Shown here in pieces: positions 11,491 to 23,657 of a stretch of 57,659 bases of DNA; the first letter of the stretch is position 1; each line of letters opens with the position of its first letter. The translations under genes were made by a program, and so were the position numbers. Origin of the DNA: Octopus bimaculoides (Eukaryota); assembly GCF_001194135.2 (NCBI RefSeq), contig NC_068997.1:47893197-47950855 (forward strand), read 5' to 3'. The notes under the pieces are model-generated. The model saw only the letters and a program-made list of their open reading frames with translations. It did no database searches and was not told where the DNA came from.

Positions 11491-11580
11491 TGGGTGTGGC
11501 GACCGCCTCACATGGTTCACTTATGTCTGGTGTCGTCTAAGCACGAATAAGCTAATACCACGATCACGCCAGCCACTACG
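11491..11580 (+). other. Candidate 90-nt spliced exon of an unknown gene
   Basis: Acceptor TTTTTCTAATTTCAG (AG at 11489-11490) and donor ACG|GTAAGT (11581). Length is divisible by 3; one frame is open (GCGDRLTWFTYVWCRLSTNKLIPRSRQPL); locally GC-rich. No recognisable homology. Confidence 0.4.
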
Positions 11581-11855
11581 GTAAGTGTCCGCTCCACATC
11601 GTTGTCCTTCAGTTTACAAGCGCATGCGTATTGCAGACCCGCTCACTCGGACTACCCTTGCCACACTCACCAACCTTCTTTTCACCCACAAAATTGCCTG
11701 AAGGTAGCCTTTCTTTCTCTACCTTCGTTTCCCTTTTCAAGGTCGACTTTGCTCTTCATTCTTTCGGGATCGATAAAATAATTATCAACTCCGCCGCACC
11801 CCGGAAATGCTGACCTTGCGCCAAGTTTTTATTATTATTATTATTATTATTATCA

Positions 11856-12053
11856 AAAAGGCGGCGAGCTAGCAGAATCGTTAGCATGTCAGGCAAAATG
11901 CTTAGCGGCATTTCGTCCGTCTTCCCGTTCTCAGTTCAAACTCCACCAAGGCCGTCTATTGTTTTCATCCTTTCGGGGGTCTATGAAATAAGTACCAGTT
12001 ACGCACTGAGATCTAGCCACCTCCTGTTCCCCCAATTTCAAGCTATGCGCCTA
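11856..12053 (+). mobile_element. SINE family A, diverged
   Basis: AAGGCGGCGAGCTAGCAGAATCGTTAGC head, CAGTTCAAACTCC B box, AAGTACCAGTT core. Confidence 0.85.
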
Positions 12054-12129
12054 TACACACTCACACACATTCTTTGTTTTGCCTTATACTGTCCATAATG
12101 TTTTTCTTAATGTAAACCCTTGTGGTTAA

Positions 12130-12613
12130 TGAAGAAATCATCATCATCTTTATTATTATTATAAATATCATTAGTAATATTATTATTGTTATCAATATTA
12201 TTATTAATATTATTAATATTAATAATAATAATAATTATTATTATAATATTAATAATAATTACTATTATTATTAATATTATAATAATGATTATTATTATTA
12301 TTAATGTAATAATAATAATTATTATTAATATAATAATAATAATTATTATTATTAATATAATAATAATAATTATTATTATTAATATTATAATAATAATAAT
12401 AATAATAATAATTATTATTATTATTATTAATATTATAATAATCATTATTATTATTATTAATATTATAATAATCATTATTATTATTATTAATATTATAATA
12501 ATCATTATTATTATTATTAATATTATAATAATCATTATTATTAATATTAATATTATAATTATTATTAATATTATTATTATTAATATTAATATTATTATTA
12601 TTATTATTATTAT
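12130..12613. repeat. ~480-bp almost pure A/T (ATT)/(AAT) repeat, including a 30-bp unit x4 at 12421-12540
   Basis: Alternating (ATT)n and (AAT)n blocks; TTATTATTAATATTATAATAATCATTATTA is repeated exactly 4 times. Confidence 0.95.
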
Positions 12614-13802
12614 GGCTGCGAACTGGCAGTCATTAGCGTCATGTTATATATATTCACTGAAATACGAGTTTCAACTGTCAAGGGAAGTAACTCTTATTAT
12701 CTGTAAATGTATAAGATCTGCATTTGCGTCCCCTACATCAAACTTTTTTTACGCAGATATCGATTTAGTAGAATCTTTACAGCGCCAAATTGTAGTGCAG
12801 TATTTTATATTCCGGTTTCAAATCCAGCTAAGGTCAACTTTGCTTATCGTCTTTCTGCGTTTCAATAAAACAAAGTACTAGTCAAATACCGGAACTAATA
12901 TTACTGACTAGTTCTCTCACCCTAAATTTAGGCCCTTACGCTTATGTTAGAACAGGGCTGACCAACCCGAAGTTTGTGGGCTTCATAGTTGATAGTTTCT
13001 TGTAATAAGTATATTTAAACAAATATTTTTTAAATTTTATCAAAGATTAAAGATTGTAATGAAAAGTAAAAAAGAAAAATACTACTGTTTTTGCAACGAT
13101 GATATTTCATGTTGACTCAACGATTATTCATTCATTATTGTAATAATAGCATGAGAAAGCAAAATGCTTTTAATTCTGTCATCAAGCGGCCCTCAAAACA
13201 CTTTCTGTGATTAAAGTAACCCTCAATGTAATTCGATTTGGCCAGGCCTGATCAAACATAAAAGATTCCAGGTGTTTGTACTATGAACAACCTGGATTAT
13301 TCTTTTTTATAACTACAACCACGTTATCAAAAACATACCATTAAAAAAAAATGGTGAGATTTGATTTGGAGCCTCGTGTGATTATTATTTCCATCAAACC
13401 GAGCGAAAATGTAAAGTATCTCACACGAGCTTGATCATATATATATATATTTTAATCCCTTGGTCGCTTCTGATGATCCACAGATATCAACAAAGCATTC
13501 CAACCATGACCGTTTCTTCTTATTCTCAGAGATTGTATCAAGGATTTTTTGTTTGAAGATGGCAAGATGTGACTCAAAGTGTTTGTTTAATATATTAGTC
13601 CAGGGGTGGAGTGACACAGTTAGAGTGTGTGCTGCATTGCGCACCATTTGAGTTTGCATCTCCAGCTTCGGAAGACCCAAGTATACACAGGCGTGTACAA
13701 CAAACCCAAAGATGCTGCCCCATTAAATCGTCGCCCGAGGCGAACCGGCACCATTGCCTTCCACTAGTTATGGTTTTGTTTATACTCCTTTTTTTTTTTT
13801 AA

Positions 13803-13920
13803 AAAAAAGCCTAGTACTTATTTTATTGGTTCGTTTTACCGAACCGCTAAGTTACGGGGACGCAAACAATACAACACCGGTTTTGTCAAGCAGTGTGGGG
13901 ACAAACACAAAGACAGGAAC
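13803..13920 (-). mobile_element. SINE family B, internal fragment
   Basis: CCTAGTACTTATT...GAACCGCTAAGTTACGGGGACG...TTGTCAAGC. Confidence 0.8.
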
Positions 13921-14371
13921 GCTGACACACAAACGGTCACATACACACAGACACACACACAAAACATACATACATATACACACACACACGCACATACACA
14001 CACAAAACTTACATACACATACACACGCACACGCTCATGCACATACACACACACGTGCTCCCACACATACACTCACCCAGCCACACACACACACACACAC
14101 ACACATACATAGCCTAAAATTATTAATGATAAATTTAAACACTTCACACCAGCTAACCCCAGAAACCCCTTCTAAAATTGCATTTTATTTGACTGGTTCA
14201 AAATGAGTTCTATGCCTCAGTGGTGTAGGAATTATTTACATGATTCCCTTATTCTGTTATTCTTGTATTCCTCTGACTGCTTCAGACATTGGACTGCGTT
14301 CATTCTGGGACACTGCCTTGATAGGTTTAGTTGAAAGAATCAATCTTAGTACTTACATTCTTGGAAGTTTG

Positions 14372-14373
<2 letters not shown>

Positions 14374-14440
<67 letters not shown>

Positions 14441-14530
14441 TCCTCTCTATTCCTCTCTCTCTCTCTCTCGATTCCTCCCCCTCTCTCTCTCTCTCTCTCT
14501 CTCTCGATTCCTCTCTCTTTCTCTCTCCCC
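14374..14530. repeat. (TC)n polypyrimidine microsatellite
   Basis: Direct inspection. Confidence 0.98.
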
Positions 14531-15772
14531 ACCTCTCTTTGGTGAACCGTTACGTTAAAAGACGTAAACAACCCAACATCAATTACCACACACACACACA
14601 CACATACACACACACTCCCACTTACCACACGCAAACTAAATACACACGCTCTCACACACACACGCACACGCATATGTGTCTATACAGGACAGACTCCCAC
14701 ACAGTCTCTCTCTAACAGATTCACTCACAAAGTCAGATGCCGTGCATTGGGACCGAACCCGAAACCACGTGGCAGCAAAGCGGACCTCTTACCCATGTCT
14801 GCACATGGTTCTAGCTCTCAGACAGACAGACAGATCGTTAGATAGATAGATAAATAGAGAGATAGAGAGAGAGAGAGAGATAGACACACAGACACACAGA
14901 CAGACACACAGACAGATAGATGGATATGCGACATTATGCCAATTTAGCAGTAAAAATTTTAGAATTTGTCAGGTTTAGAAAACGATTGTTGCTTGCTCAA
15001 AATATAAAATTCATTCTTCTGTTTTCAATGTTGTTTTTCCCGTTTCCAAATTCGGAGAAAACCGCGAAGAAAAAAAAACAAAACAACAAAATAAAGCCAA
15101 ATGTTTTATGAACAGGTATTAAAACGTCTTCCCACTTCTCACTCGAGTACAGTAGCGATATTTGCATGGCAAATTAAACACGTGCATTTCTCTTTAATCA
15201 CTTGGAACAAAAATTGTTCATTCCATTGTTTGTTCTAATGGTATATCTTTTTGCTTTTAAGTTGATGGAAATCCATCATTAATGGCTTATTCTCAAAAAA
15301 AAAAAAAAAATAGAAATATTAAAATTTAAAAAAAATAAAAATACGAAAATAAAAATAATATAAAAATAACAGCAAAAATGATATAATAATAATTATAATA
15401 ATAATAACAATAATCTATTATATATATATATATATATAACAGCAAAATATTCGTGTGCATATTAAAATGTTTGCGATATGGATTTTGAGCTAATCATTCA
15501 ATTAATTTCATTTTCCCGTTGGTTAGAAAGTAACTCGTATCCGCCATGTTGAGTGATTATAGCGTGCGTTTAAAAATGGATTTCCGTATAATGTATGATG
15601 TGATTTATCTTGTTGCTAATATTAATCAGGTGGGTTTCTTTTTTTTGAAAATAAAAATAAAAAAAGGCAATAATTTCAATTGCTCTTTACCTGATATATT
15701 TCCTACATTCGTTGATATAAGTTGTATTTTATGATCAATTTTTTTGTCAATAAATTTATATATTTATATATT

Positions 15773-15854
<82 letters not shown>

Positions 15855-16191
15855 TTTGTATTTGGTCTGCCATATTCTTGATGTGAATGTATGAGTTGAT
15901 GCATATTTCATTGTACCCCGGGAGGGCCGTGTTTTTTTTTGTATTAGTTAAATGATCCGCTAGAGATAAACAAAATATAAAATAAAGAAAAACGTTTCGT
16001 TTTTTTGCATTTGACTTAGTTCTCATTGCTATGACTTAAACAAATATTTTAATTATCTTCAGCAGAGATGTAAAATAGATGACCCGCGGCAAAGCTTGGT
16101 TATGCCTTCGGCTAAATTCTAATAATAAAAATAATTAATGTTATTTCGTTTGCATGCGTTCAAAGTCTGAGCCCACCAAGAGTCCCGATAT

Positions 16192-16515
16192 TCTTTTATT
16201 CTTTTACTGCTTTCTGTCATTTGACTGCGACCATGCTAGAGCACTGCCTCAAAGGATTTTAGCCTAGTACTTATTCTATCGGTCTCTTTTGCCGAACTGC
16301 TAAGTTACGGGGACGTAAACACATCAACATCGGTTGTCAAGCGATGATGGGGGAGGTCAAACACACACACACACACACAGACATATATGTGATGAGATTC
16401 TTTTAACTTCTGTCTGCCAAAGATGCTATAGTAGAAAACACTTGCCCAAGGTGCCACGTAGTGGAAGTGAAACCAGAACCCTGCGGTTGGGAAGCGAGCT
16501 TCTTACCACATAACC
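16192..16515 (-). mobile_element. SINE family B, near full length with internal deletion
   Basis: Tail TCATTTGACTGCGACCATGC, core ACTTGCCCAAGGTGCCAC, head CTTACCACATAACCAC. Confidence 0.85.
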
Positions 16516-17195
16516 ACAACCAAATATCTTAATTACCTGTAGCAGAGATGCCTGATATACGACCTACAGCAATGTATGGTCATGCATTCAGTTCAATTTT
16601 ATGATAGAAAGAATTATTGGTATTTAAAAATCTAAAACAGTCTATGATATAAAGCCTAAAGTCAGAATTAACACCAATTCTGATATCTCAAATAACTGTT
16701 CTATAGGAAATCTCTCGTTATTTTAATCAGTAACAAAAGAAAAACAGATTCATTAATCCCTATACAGCAAGATGTGTTGTCTTCCCGTTATACTTTGTCT
16801 GTAGACGCGGAACCAAACTGAAGTTTGTCCTTTTTACCTGTTGGTTCGAATCGATTCTAGAGACACGTACGTTTTAACTTCATTTATTTTCCCCGAAGAA
16901 GGACTCCATCCATAACGTTGGGTTTTCCACTTCACACACCAATTGCACTGTGTTCTTTCAGTCGATTACTCTCTCTCTTCCTCTCTCTCTCTCTCTCTCT
17001 CTCTCTCCCCATATACTTTCTTTTCCTTATTGTTATTTAAGTTGTATATTGAGCCTTTTATCCATTTACTTCGGCTAATATTATGTGAACATTCCATACT
17101 TTCCGGAGAATTCTCCGAAGGAATTTTTGTAGAAAAGAAAAGACAGCGCAATACCTTCACCAATTACCGAATACGTAGTTCTTTAATTATTTTAT

Positions 17196-17331
17196 CTGAG
17201 TTCCGCCGAGGTTGCTTTTCCCTTTCATTCTTTCGGGGTCGATAAAATAAGTACCAGTTGAGCACTAGGGTCATGTAATCGACTATCCTCCTCCCCCAAA
17301 TTTAAGGCCTCGTACTTATAGTAGAAAGGAT
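17196..17331 (+). mobile_element. SINE family A, 3' half
   Basis: CCGCCGAGGT...GGGGTCGATAAAATAAGTACCAGTT...TAGTAGAAAGGATT. Confidence 0.85.
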
Positions 17332-17345
17332 TATTTTATCTCGGT

Positions 17346-17617
17346 TCTACGCCATATACCCGTGGCATATGACGTAGTGGCTAAGAGCGCGGGCTACTAA
17401 CACCAAGATTCCGAGTTCGATTCCAGGCAGTGACCTGAATAATAATAATATTAATAATAATAATAATAATAATAATAACATCGAAAAATGCCTTAGGAAT
17501 AAGAACCCAGATTCGAAATTTCCCCAAGACACCTGATGAAGGCTGGAAGGTATATCACCCGAAACGTTGTTTTAACAACAAACAAGATGAGGACAAATAT
17601 CCGTCAAATGTAAATAA
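17346..17617 (+). mobile_element. tRNA-derived SINE (family D) with internal (AAT)n and a hammerhead-like 3' module, 14-bp TSD
   Basis: A box TGACGTAGTGG (17370-17380), B box AGTTCGATTCC (17414-17424). Exact flanking duplication TATTTTATCTCGGT at 17332-17345 and 17618-17631. Confidence 0.85.
17528..17573 (+). ncRNA. Minimal type I hammerhead ribozyme-like motif (palindromic stem III, dimer type), partly mutated
   Basis: GACAC-CTGATGA(17533-17539)-A-GGCTG..CACCC-GAAAC(17561-17565)-GTT-GTTTT. Stem II has 4/5 pairs, the stem III palindrome is AACGTT, and stem I has 4/5 pairs. Confidence 0.6.
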
Positions 17618-17679
17618 TATTTTATCTCGGTCTTAATCTCTCCCCTTTAAACAAATTCAAAGGAAACACATTCTTTACT

Positions 17680-18118
17680 CAGTGGTTCTGAACCATTTTC
17701 GTTGTTGCGCCCCTTTTTAAATAATTGTTATGCCAAGCGATCACCTAAGCGGTGAGTGAGGTATCACGACTTAACTTAAAATGGATAATTTATAAATCTT
17801 ACTCAAATGGAGATCGCAGTGTACGAAGAAAACAAGCAAGACTTCAACGCTTAAAAAACACTATTCATGATAAATATAACATTTAAAATCAATTATTCTT
17901 GTTCGAACATGGTTTTAGCCACAATATATATTTATCTCTAATTTTATTTTAATGACCATTATAAGTTTTATGATGTTTGATATAATTATTACTATAGGTC
18001 AAATTTATTATGTTAATTATATTACCTCAATGCCCCCTCACCGCCCTCTAAAGTCTAACGCCCTTTCGACATCCTTAATGCCCTCTTGGGGCAGTACTGC
18101 CCACGTTGAGAACCTCTG
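17680..18118. mobile_element. hAT (Charlie-like) MITE
   Basis: Terminal inverted repeats CAGTGGTTCTGAACC (17680) and GTTGAGAACCTCTG (ending 18118). Imperfect 8-bp flanks TTCTTTAC / TTCTATAA. Confidence 0.6.
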
Positions 18119-19226
18119 TTCTATAAGGTTGTTTATAGAATGCTAGAAATACTAGGGAGCACGAGGGTTTCAAAACAATTTTTTTAAAACGTAATTGTAA
18201 TAATTTACAACATCGAAATGCATGAGGAAACAAAATTGAGAAGCGTGAAATATTCGCTCACAACTTTTGCTTCTTCATTTTCATTTTTGTTAAAAATCTG
18301 CACATTTTCCTGAAAGTAATGAGGAAACAAAGTCGAGACATGTAAATCATCCGAAACTCCACCCCACTCCGAAAAAGGTTTCCCCAACAAATTCCAATGT
18401 GATCGTCATATGGAAAGTTTCATTAAATCTATCTATTTTCCAGAAAGTTAAGAGGAAACAAACTCGCTGAGGGCAAGGCACTCTTCTGTAGTTATGCTCT
18501 GAATTTTTATTGAGCAAATGAGGCCTCAGTTTGGGAGTTTTGGTGTTATGAAGAGCGTGGAGTCACCCCTTAATTACCATTATTCCCAAGTCCGTTCTGA
18601 TCCGGAACTGTAGAACCTGACAGGGTCCCATCAATCAGTTAAATAAATTTTTGTAAGGATAGGTTGTTGAGCTCCTTAGCTGCGGTGAAAGCAACCAATC
18701 CAGGAGAAGGAAACCTCCAAAATTAATACTCTTTCAACATGCACTAAGCCAGCAGGAAGAGTATGGCTTATAAAACTAACGTAAGACATGCTCAGTAAAC
18801 AAGCGAGCATCTCATGTTAGTGCACAAAAGCGGTAAATGATCTATCTATCTGTCTATCTACATACAAATATGCATACACACATACAACAGTAGATGCGTA
18901 CATACTTACATTCGTACACACACACACAAACACACAAACACACATGTACATAAGTACACATGCATACACATCCACAAATATCGAATTAACGATTTATTGA
19001 ACAATATTAATTAACAGAATAAGTACATATTGGATGACAAATGGAATAATATTGATTTACAGAATAAATATATGTTAGATAAATGATTTATTAAATAATG
19101 CTGACTTAGGCTGTATCGTAAGAAGTAGAGCTATTCAAATAAATGGTTCAGTCCCACTGTGTGGTACTTTGGGTATGTGTCTTTTACAATAGCTTGTATT
19201 TGGTAGACAGAAATGAAATAAGACCG

Positions 19227-19263
<37 letters not shown>

Positions 19264-20883
19264 TATGTACAATAACAAAACCCCTCCTCTTTCGGCTTGC
19301 TTCCTGTCTGTACTCCATGGCCAACAGAACTGTAGAATCCAATCAAATCAAATTCAGACTATAATACGAGTCATCCTCATAGTTTCCCCTTGGCGATATA
19401 AGAATACATAAAGTGTTTTAAATTCGGGCTATTTGCCATTTTGTCATACAACTCATATTTAGACCACACTGTATGCATATATATAACTGTACAATAATAT
19501 ACGTGTTAGCGTTGATTTGTGGGTTCAATTCTGGTTGGGGTTAGCTCATTTTTCAGTCATTTGTATTTAAAAATTGTCGCTTCAAACCGGAAAATAAAAT
19601 ATTATTATGATATATCATTATACAGTTATTATACTAGCTATCTCTCTGTAAGTTACAAAGCCTTCGACGTTTGTTTACAAATACTATATATATATATATG
19701 TTGTATAACTTAAATATATAAACTGTTATTAATCTAAACAAGTAGAAGAAATGAAGTTGCAAATGCAAATAGGATAAATAAGAATTGATTAGAATTTAAT
19801 TATATATTTTAAAATATTGGAATACACTTTATAGGTTTCACATTAGATTCTCGAAAGTATATAGAATATGAAGCTGTGCCACAAATTATGTCTGTTTTGG
19901 CCGTTGTTGTAAGGACAGTTTGTTCTTGAAGTAGGAATGTTGCTCATAACGCTATCCGCTAACGTACAAATTGGTTGGTCAACGTTCATGTGTTCAGTTC
20001 ATAGAGCAGTCGCGTGAGATAAGTCCCATAAAAGCATTTTTTCCATTGAATATGTCATATGGCAGTTAGGAAACAGAGATATGAATAAATGATATGATAA
20101 TTATATAAAAGTGTTTTAGACGATTATTGTATATCATTCTGTCGAAGAATAAATGTTATCAATTAGATCTCGTTCACTCCCATTGAACATGTTGAAACAT
20201 GTTATCTTACTTGCTCCACATGTTGTTAACAAAGAAGGTAAGTGTTAGAACATATCCGTTCTTTGCTAACAAGATAACGAGGTGTGGAGTAAATTAGGAA
20301 GATGATAGCTGCTACATGAATTTTAATTTTCGTAAGAACGAGCACAAGTAGACATTCGACAATAATTAATTTATAGGAAAAAGAAAACCGATGTTTATAT
20401 AGCTTCTTCAGCAGTGGCTTGCATTTTTTGATAAAAGAACTTTCCTTATTAATTCTGAGGTATTGTCTGCACATTGAAAATAGTTTAATTTTAGGACATA
20501 TAAATCCCTATAACGGACAAAAATGGGTATTAATTCGCATGGGAATTGACCCACAGTGTTATTTTAGTGCCAAAATTTTGCGGAAAAAAAGGGATTCGTA
20601 TCTTGGTGTAATCGGTCAGAACACTTATCGCGAAAATAAGAAGAAAATAAGAAGTGTGGGTTCCATTCCTACTCGTATTAATGCCCATTTCCCCCCCCCC
20701 CTTAGTGGGGGCTTATATGTGTGGATTTTACTCTTAGTTGAAAAAGACGAAAAAAAAAAAAACCCGTTGCTACCGTTACAAAATGTATTTTATGATAAAA
20801 TTATTCAAGTATTTTCTACCTTGTCTTATTTTCCTTATCCATACCAACTCGTGAGTTACTTTTAAACATTCTACATATATATT

Positions 20884-20954
20884 TTTATTCTTTTACTTGT
20901 TTCAGTCATTTGACTGCGGCTATGCTGGAGCACTGCCTTTTAGTCGAAGAAATT
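20884..20954 (-). mobile_element. SINE family B 3' end, running into a gap
   Basis: TTCTTTTACTTGTTTCAGTCATTTGACTGCGGCTATGCTGGAGCAC. Confidence 0.8.
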
Positions 20955-21878
20955 NNNNNNNNNNNNNNNNNNNNNNNNNNNNNNNNNNNNNNNNNNNNNN
21001 NNNNNNNNNNNNNNNNNNNNNNNNNNNNNNNNNNNNNNNNNNNNNNNNNNNNNNNNNNNNNNNNNNNNNNNNNNNNNNNNNNNNNNNNNNNNNNNNNNNN
21101 NNNNNNNNNNNNNNNNNNNNNNNNNNNNNNNNNNNNNNNNNNNNNNNNNNNNNNNNNNNNNNNNNNNNNNNNNNNNNNNNNNNNNNNNNNNNNNNNNNNN
21201 NNNNNNNNNNNNNNNNNNNNNNNNNNNNNNNNNNNNNNNNNNNNNNNNNNNNNNNNNNNNNNNNNNNNNNNNNNNNNNNNNNNNNNNNNNNNNNNNNNNN
21301 NNNNNNNNNNNNNNNNNNNNNNNNNNNNNNNNNNNNNNNNNNNNNNNNNNNNNNNNNNNNNNNNNNNNNNNNNNNNNNNNNNNNNNNNNNNNNNNNNNNN
21401 NNNNNNNNNNNNNNNNNNNNNNNNNNNNNNNNNNNNNNNNNNNNNNNNNNNNNNNNNNNNNNNNNNNNNNNNNNNNNNNNNNNNNNNNNNNNNNNNNNNN
21501 NNNNNNNNNNNNNNNNNNNNNNNNNNNNNNNNNNNNNNNNNNNNNNNNNNNNNNNNNNNNNNNNNNNNNNNNNNNNNNNNNNNNNNNNNNNNNNNNNNNN
21601 NNNNNNNNNNNNNNNNNNNNNNNNNNNNNNNNNNNNNNNNNNNNNNNNNNNNNNNNNNNNNNNNNNNNNNNNNNNNNNNNNNNNNNNNNNNNNNNNNNNN
21701 NNNNNNNNNNNNNNNNNNNNNNNNNNNNNNNNNNNNNNNNNNNNNNNNNNNTTATCCGCCATGAAATAACGAGAGTATGAAAGAACTGAAATTAAAAAAA
21801 AAAACAAAAAAAAACACAACACACTAGAATGACAAGATTTACTTCGCTAAACAATGACAATACCAACACAACAACAAT

Positions 21879-21933
<55 letters not shown>

Positions 21934-22022
21934 GCCACCACGACGACAAGAACAACGACAACAACAATAGGTTTTTATTCTGTTAATATAACATAATCAA
22001 GAGAAGACTTCTATTAAATGTA

Positions 22023-22332
22023 GCAAGATGGCAGAATCGTTACCGCGCCGGACAAAACGCTTAGCGGCAATTCTTCCGACATTACGTTCTGAGTTCAAAT
22101 GCTGCCGGAATCGACTTAGCCCATTTCATCGTTTCGAGGTCGATAAAATAAGTACCAGTGGAGCACTGGGGAACGATGTAATCGACTTAGCCCCTCTCCC
22201 GAAATTGGTGGCCTTGTGCCAAAATTTGAAACCGATCTTAGAATTATTCTGAGGCGGTGAGCTGGCAGAATCGCTACCGCGCCGGACAAAACGCTTAGCA
22301 GCATTTCGTTCGTTTTCTCGTTCTGAGTTCAA
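22023..22332 (+). mobile_element. Two tandem SINE family A copies (22023-22235 full, 22250-22332 head only)
   Basis: TGGCAGAATCG A box and GAGTTCAAA B box in both. Confidence 0.85.
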
Positions 22333-22445
22333 GGTTAATAGCAGCAGTCGTTGTGGTGTTGGTAATAGTAGTAGTAGTGGTAGAGCTAGGTGTATAGCAG
22401 CAGCGTCAGTAGTATGAGCGGTTGCGATGTTAGTAGTTGTAGTAG

Positions 22446-22815
22446 AAATGGACGAAATGCAACAAAGCATTTTGCCTAGCGTGCTAACGATTCTTATTTC
22501 TTTACTGCCCACAAGGGGCTACATACACACACACACACACACACACAAAGGAGACAAACAAGGATAGACAAACGGATTAAGTCGATTATATCGACCCAGT
22601 GCGTAACTGGTACTTATTTAATCGACCCCGAAAGGATGAAAGGCAAAGTCGACCTCGGCGGAATTNNNNNNNNNNTGGTACTTATTTAATCGACCCCGAA
22701 AGGATGAAAGGCAAAGTCGACCTCGGCGGAATTTGAACTCAGAACGTAGCAGCATACGAAATACCGCTAACCACTTCCCCCGGCGTGCTAACGATTCTGC
22801 CAGCTCGCTGCCCTA
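22446..22815 (-). mobile_element. SINE family A variant A2 (LINE-like 3' tail) plus a head fragment; contains a small gap
   Basis: Tail TTTCTTTACTGCCCACAAGGGGCT...GACAAACAAGGA; the head ends at GCCAGCTCGCTGCC. Confidence 0.85.
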
Positions 22816-23289
22816 ACAGATGAAATAATAATGAAGCTGATATTATTTAAATGTAGACCAAGAAATATAATAAATATCACTTACATTCGTCATTTCACAA
22901 TATAATGCTACATGCTTAAATATCACATGTTTAAATGCCACATTTACGAAATGGCATGAATAAATGTTGCTTTTATAATAAACACAAATATGAAATAGAA
23001 AAGAAAGGTCGCATCTATCAATTCCAATCAAACTGCTATACGTAAAAATAAATGCAATTACAACAAATGTTATGTAAATGCTATTGACTAAACCAGACAC
23101 CGATGACGCCTCTACGTGGTCATGTTTGCATGAAATGACAGCCGAATCTCGTTGAAATCACAGCCTACTGAAATAAACGAGACAAAACAGCCTTAAATAG
23201 TCTCACAGATACATAAGATGACTTGATCATGGCTGAAACAGTTTAGATAATAGATTTTCTCGATCGGTGTTACCCGGATCTAGGCTTAG

Positions 23290-23353
<64 letters not shown>
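23290..23353. repeat. (TAC)n microsatellite (another at 21883-21928)
   Basis: Direct inspection. Confidence 0.95.
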
Positions 23354-23355
<2 letters not shown>

Positions 23356-23529
23356 GATTTACTACAATAAATGATAATTATACTTTAATAATAGTTATCA
23401 ATTGTTATGAACACAACGTGTATTAACGAAACACGAAATTTCGAGAATAGCGTTAATATTTACATTGAATTCAATACAAATATTAAATCAGTTATGGATG
23501 TGAATGTATACATGATACACACGCAAAAG

Positions 23530-23563
<34 letters not shown>

Positions 23564-23657
23564 TTGTATATGTGTGTATGCATGTATATATGTATGTATA
23601 CACGCATGCTTGTATGTATTTATGTAAGCATGTCATTGTTCAGTTTTATTTCAAGAT

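Noticed and set aside
13435-13790. Moderately complex ORFs (13435..13680 minus and neighbours)
   Set aside because: No recognisable motifs or splice signals; cannot be assigned.
17364-17435. tRNA gene calls for this and other A/B-box segments
   Set aside because: There is no complete cloverleaf or acceptor stem, and each continues into a SINE body, some with TSDs.
20154-20243. Short ORF ending at a strong AAG|GTAAGT donor
   Set aside because: The acceptor is weak, no homology is recognised, and such donors are frequent by chance.
22607-22731. Exact ~59-bp duplication on both sides of a 10-N gap
   Set aside because: Most likely unmerged contig overlap (assembly artefact), not a biological tandem duplication.
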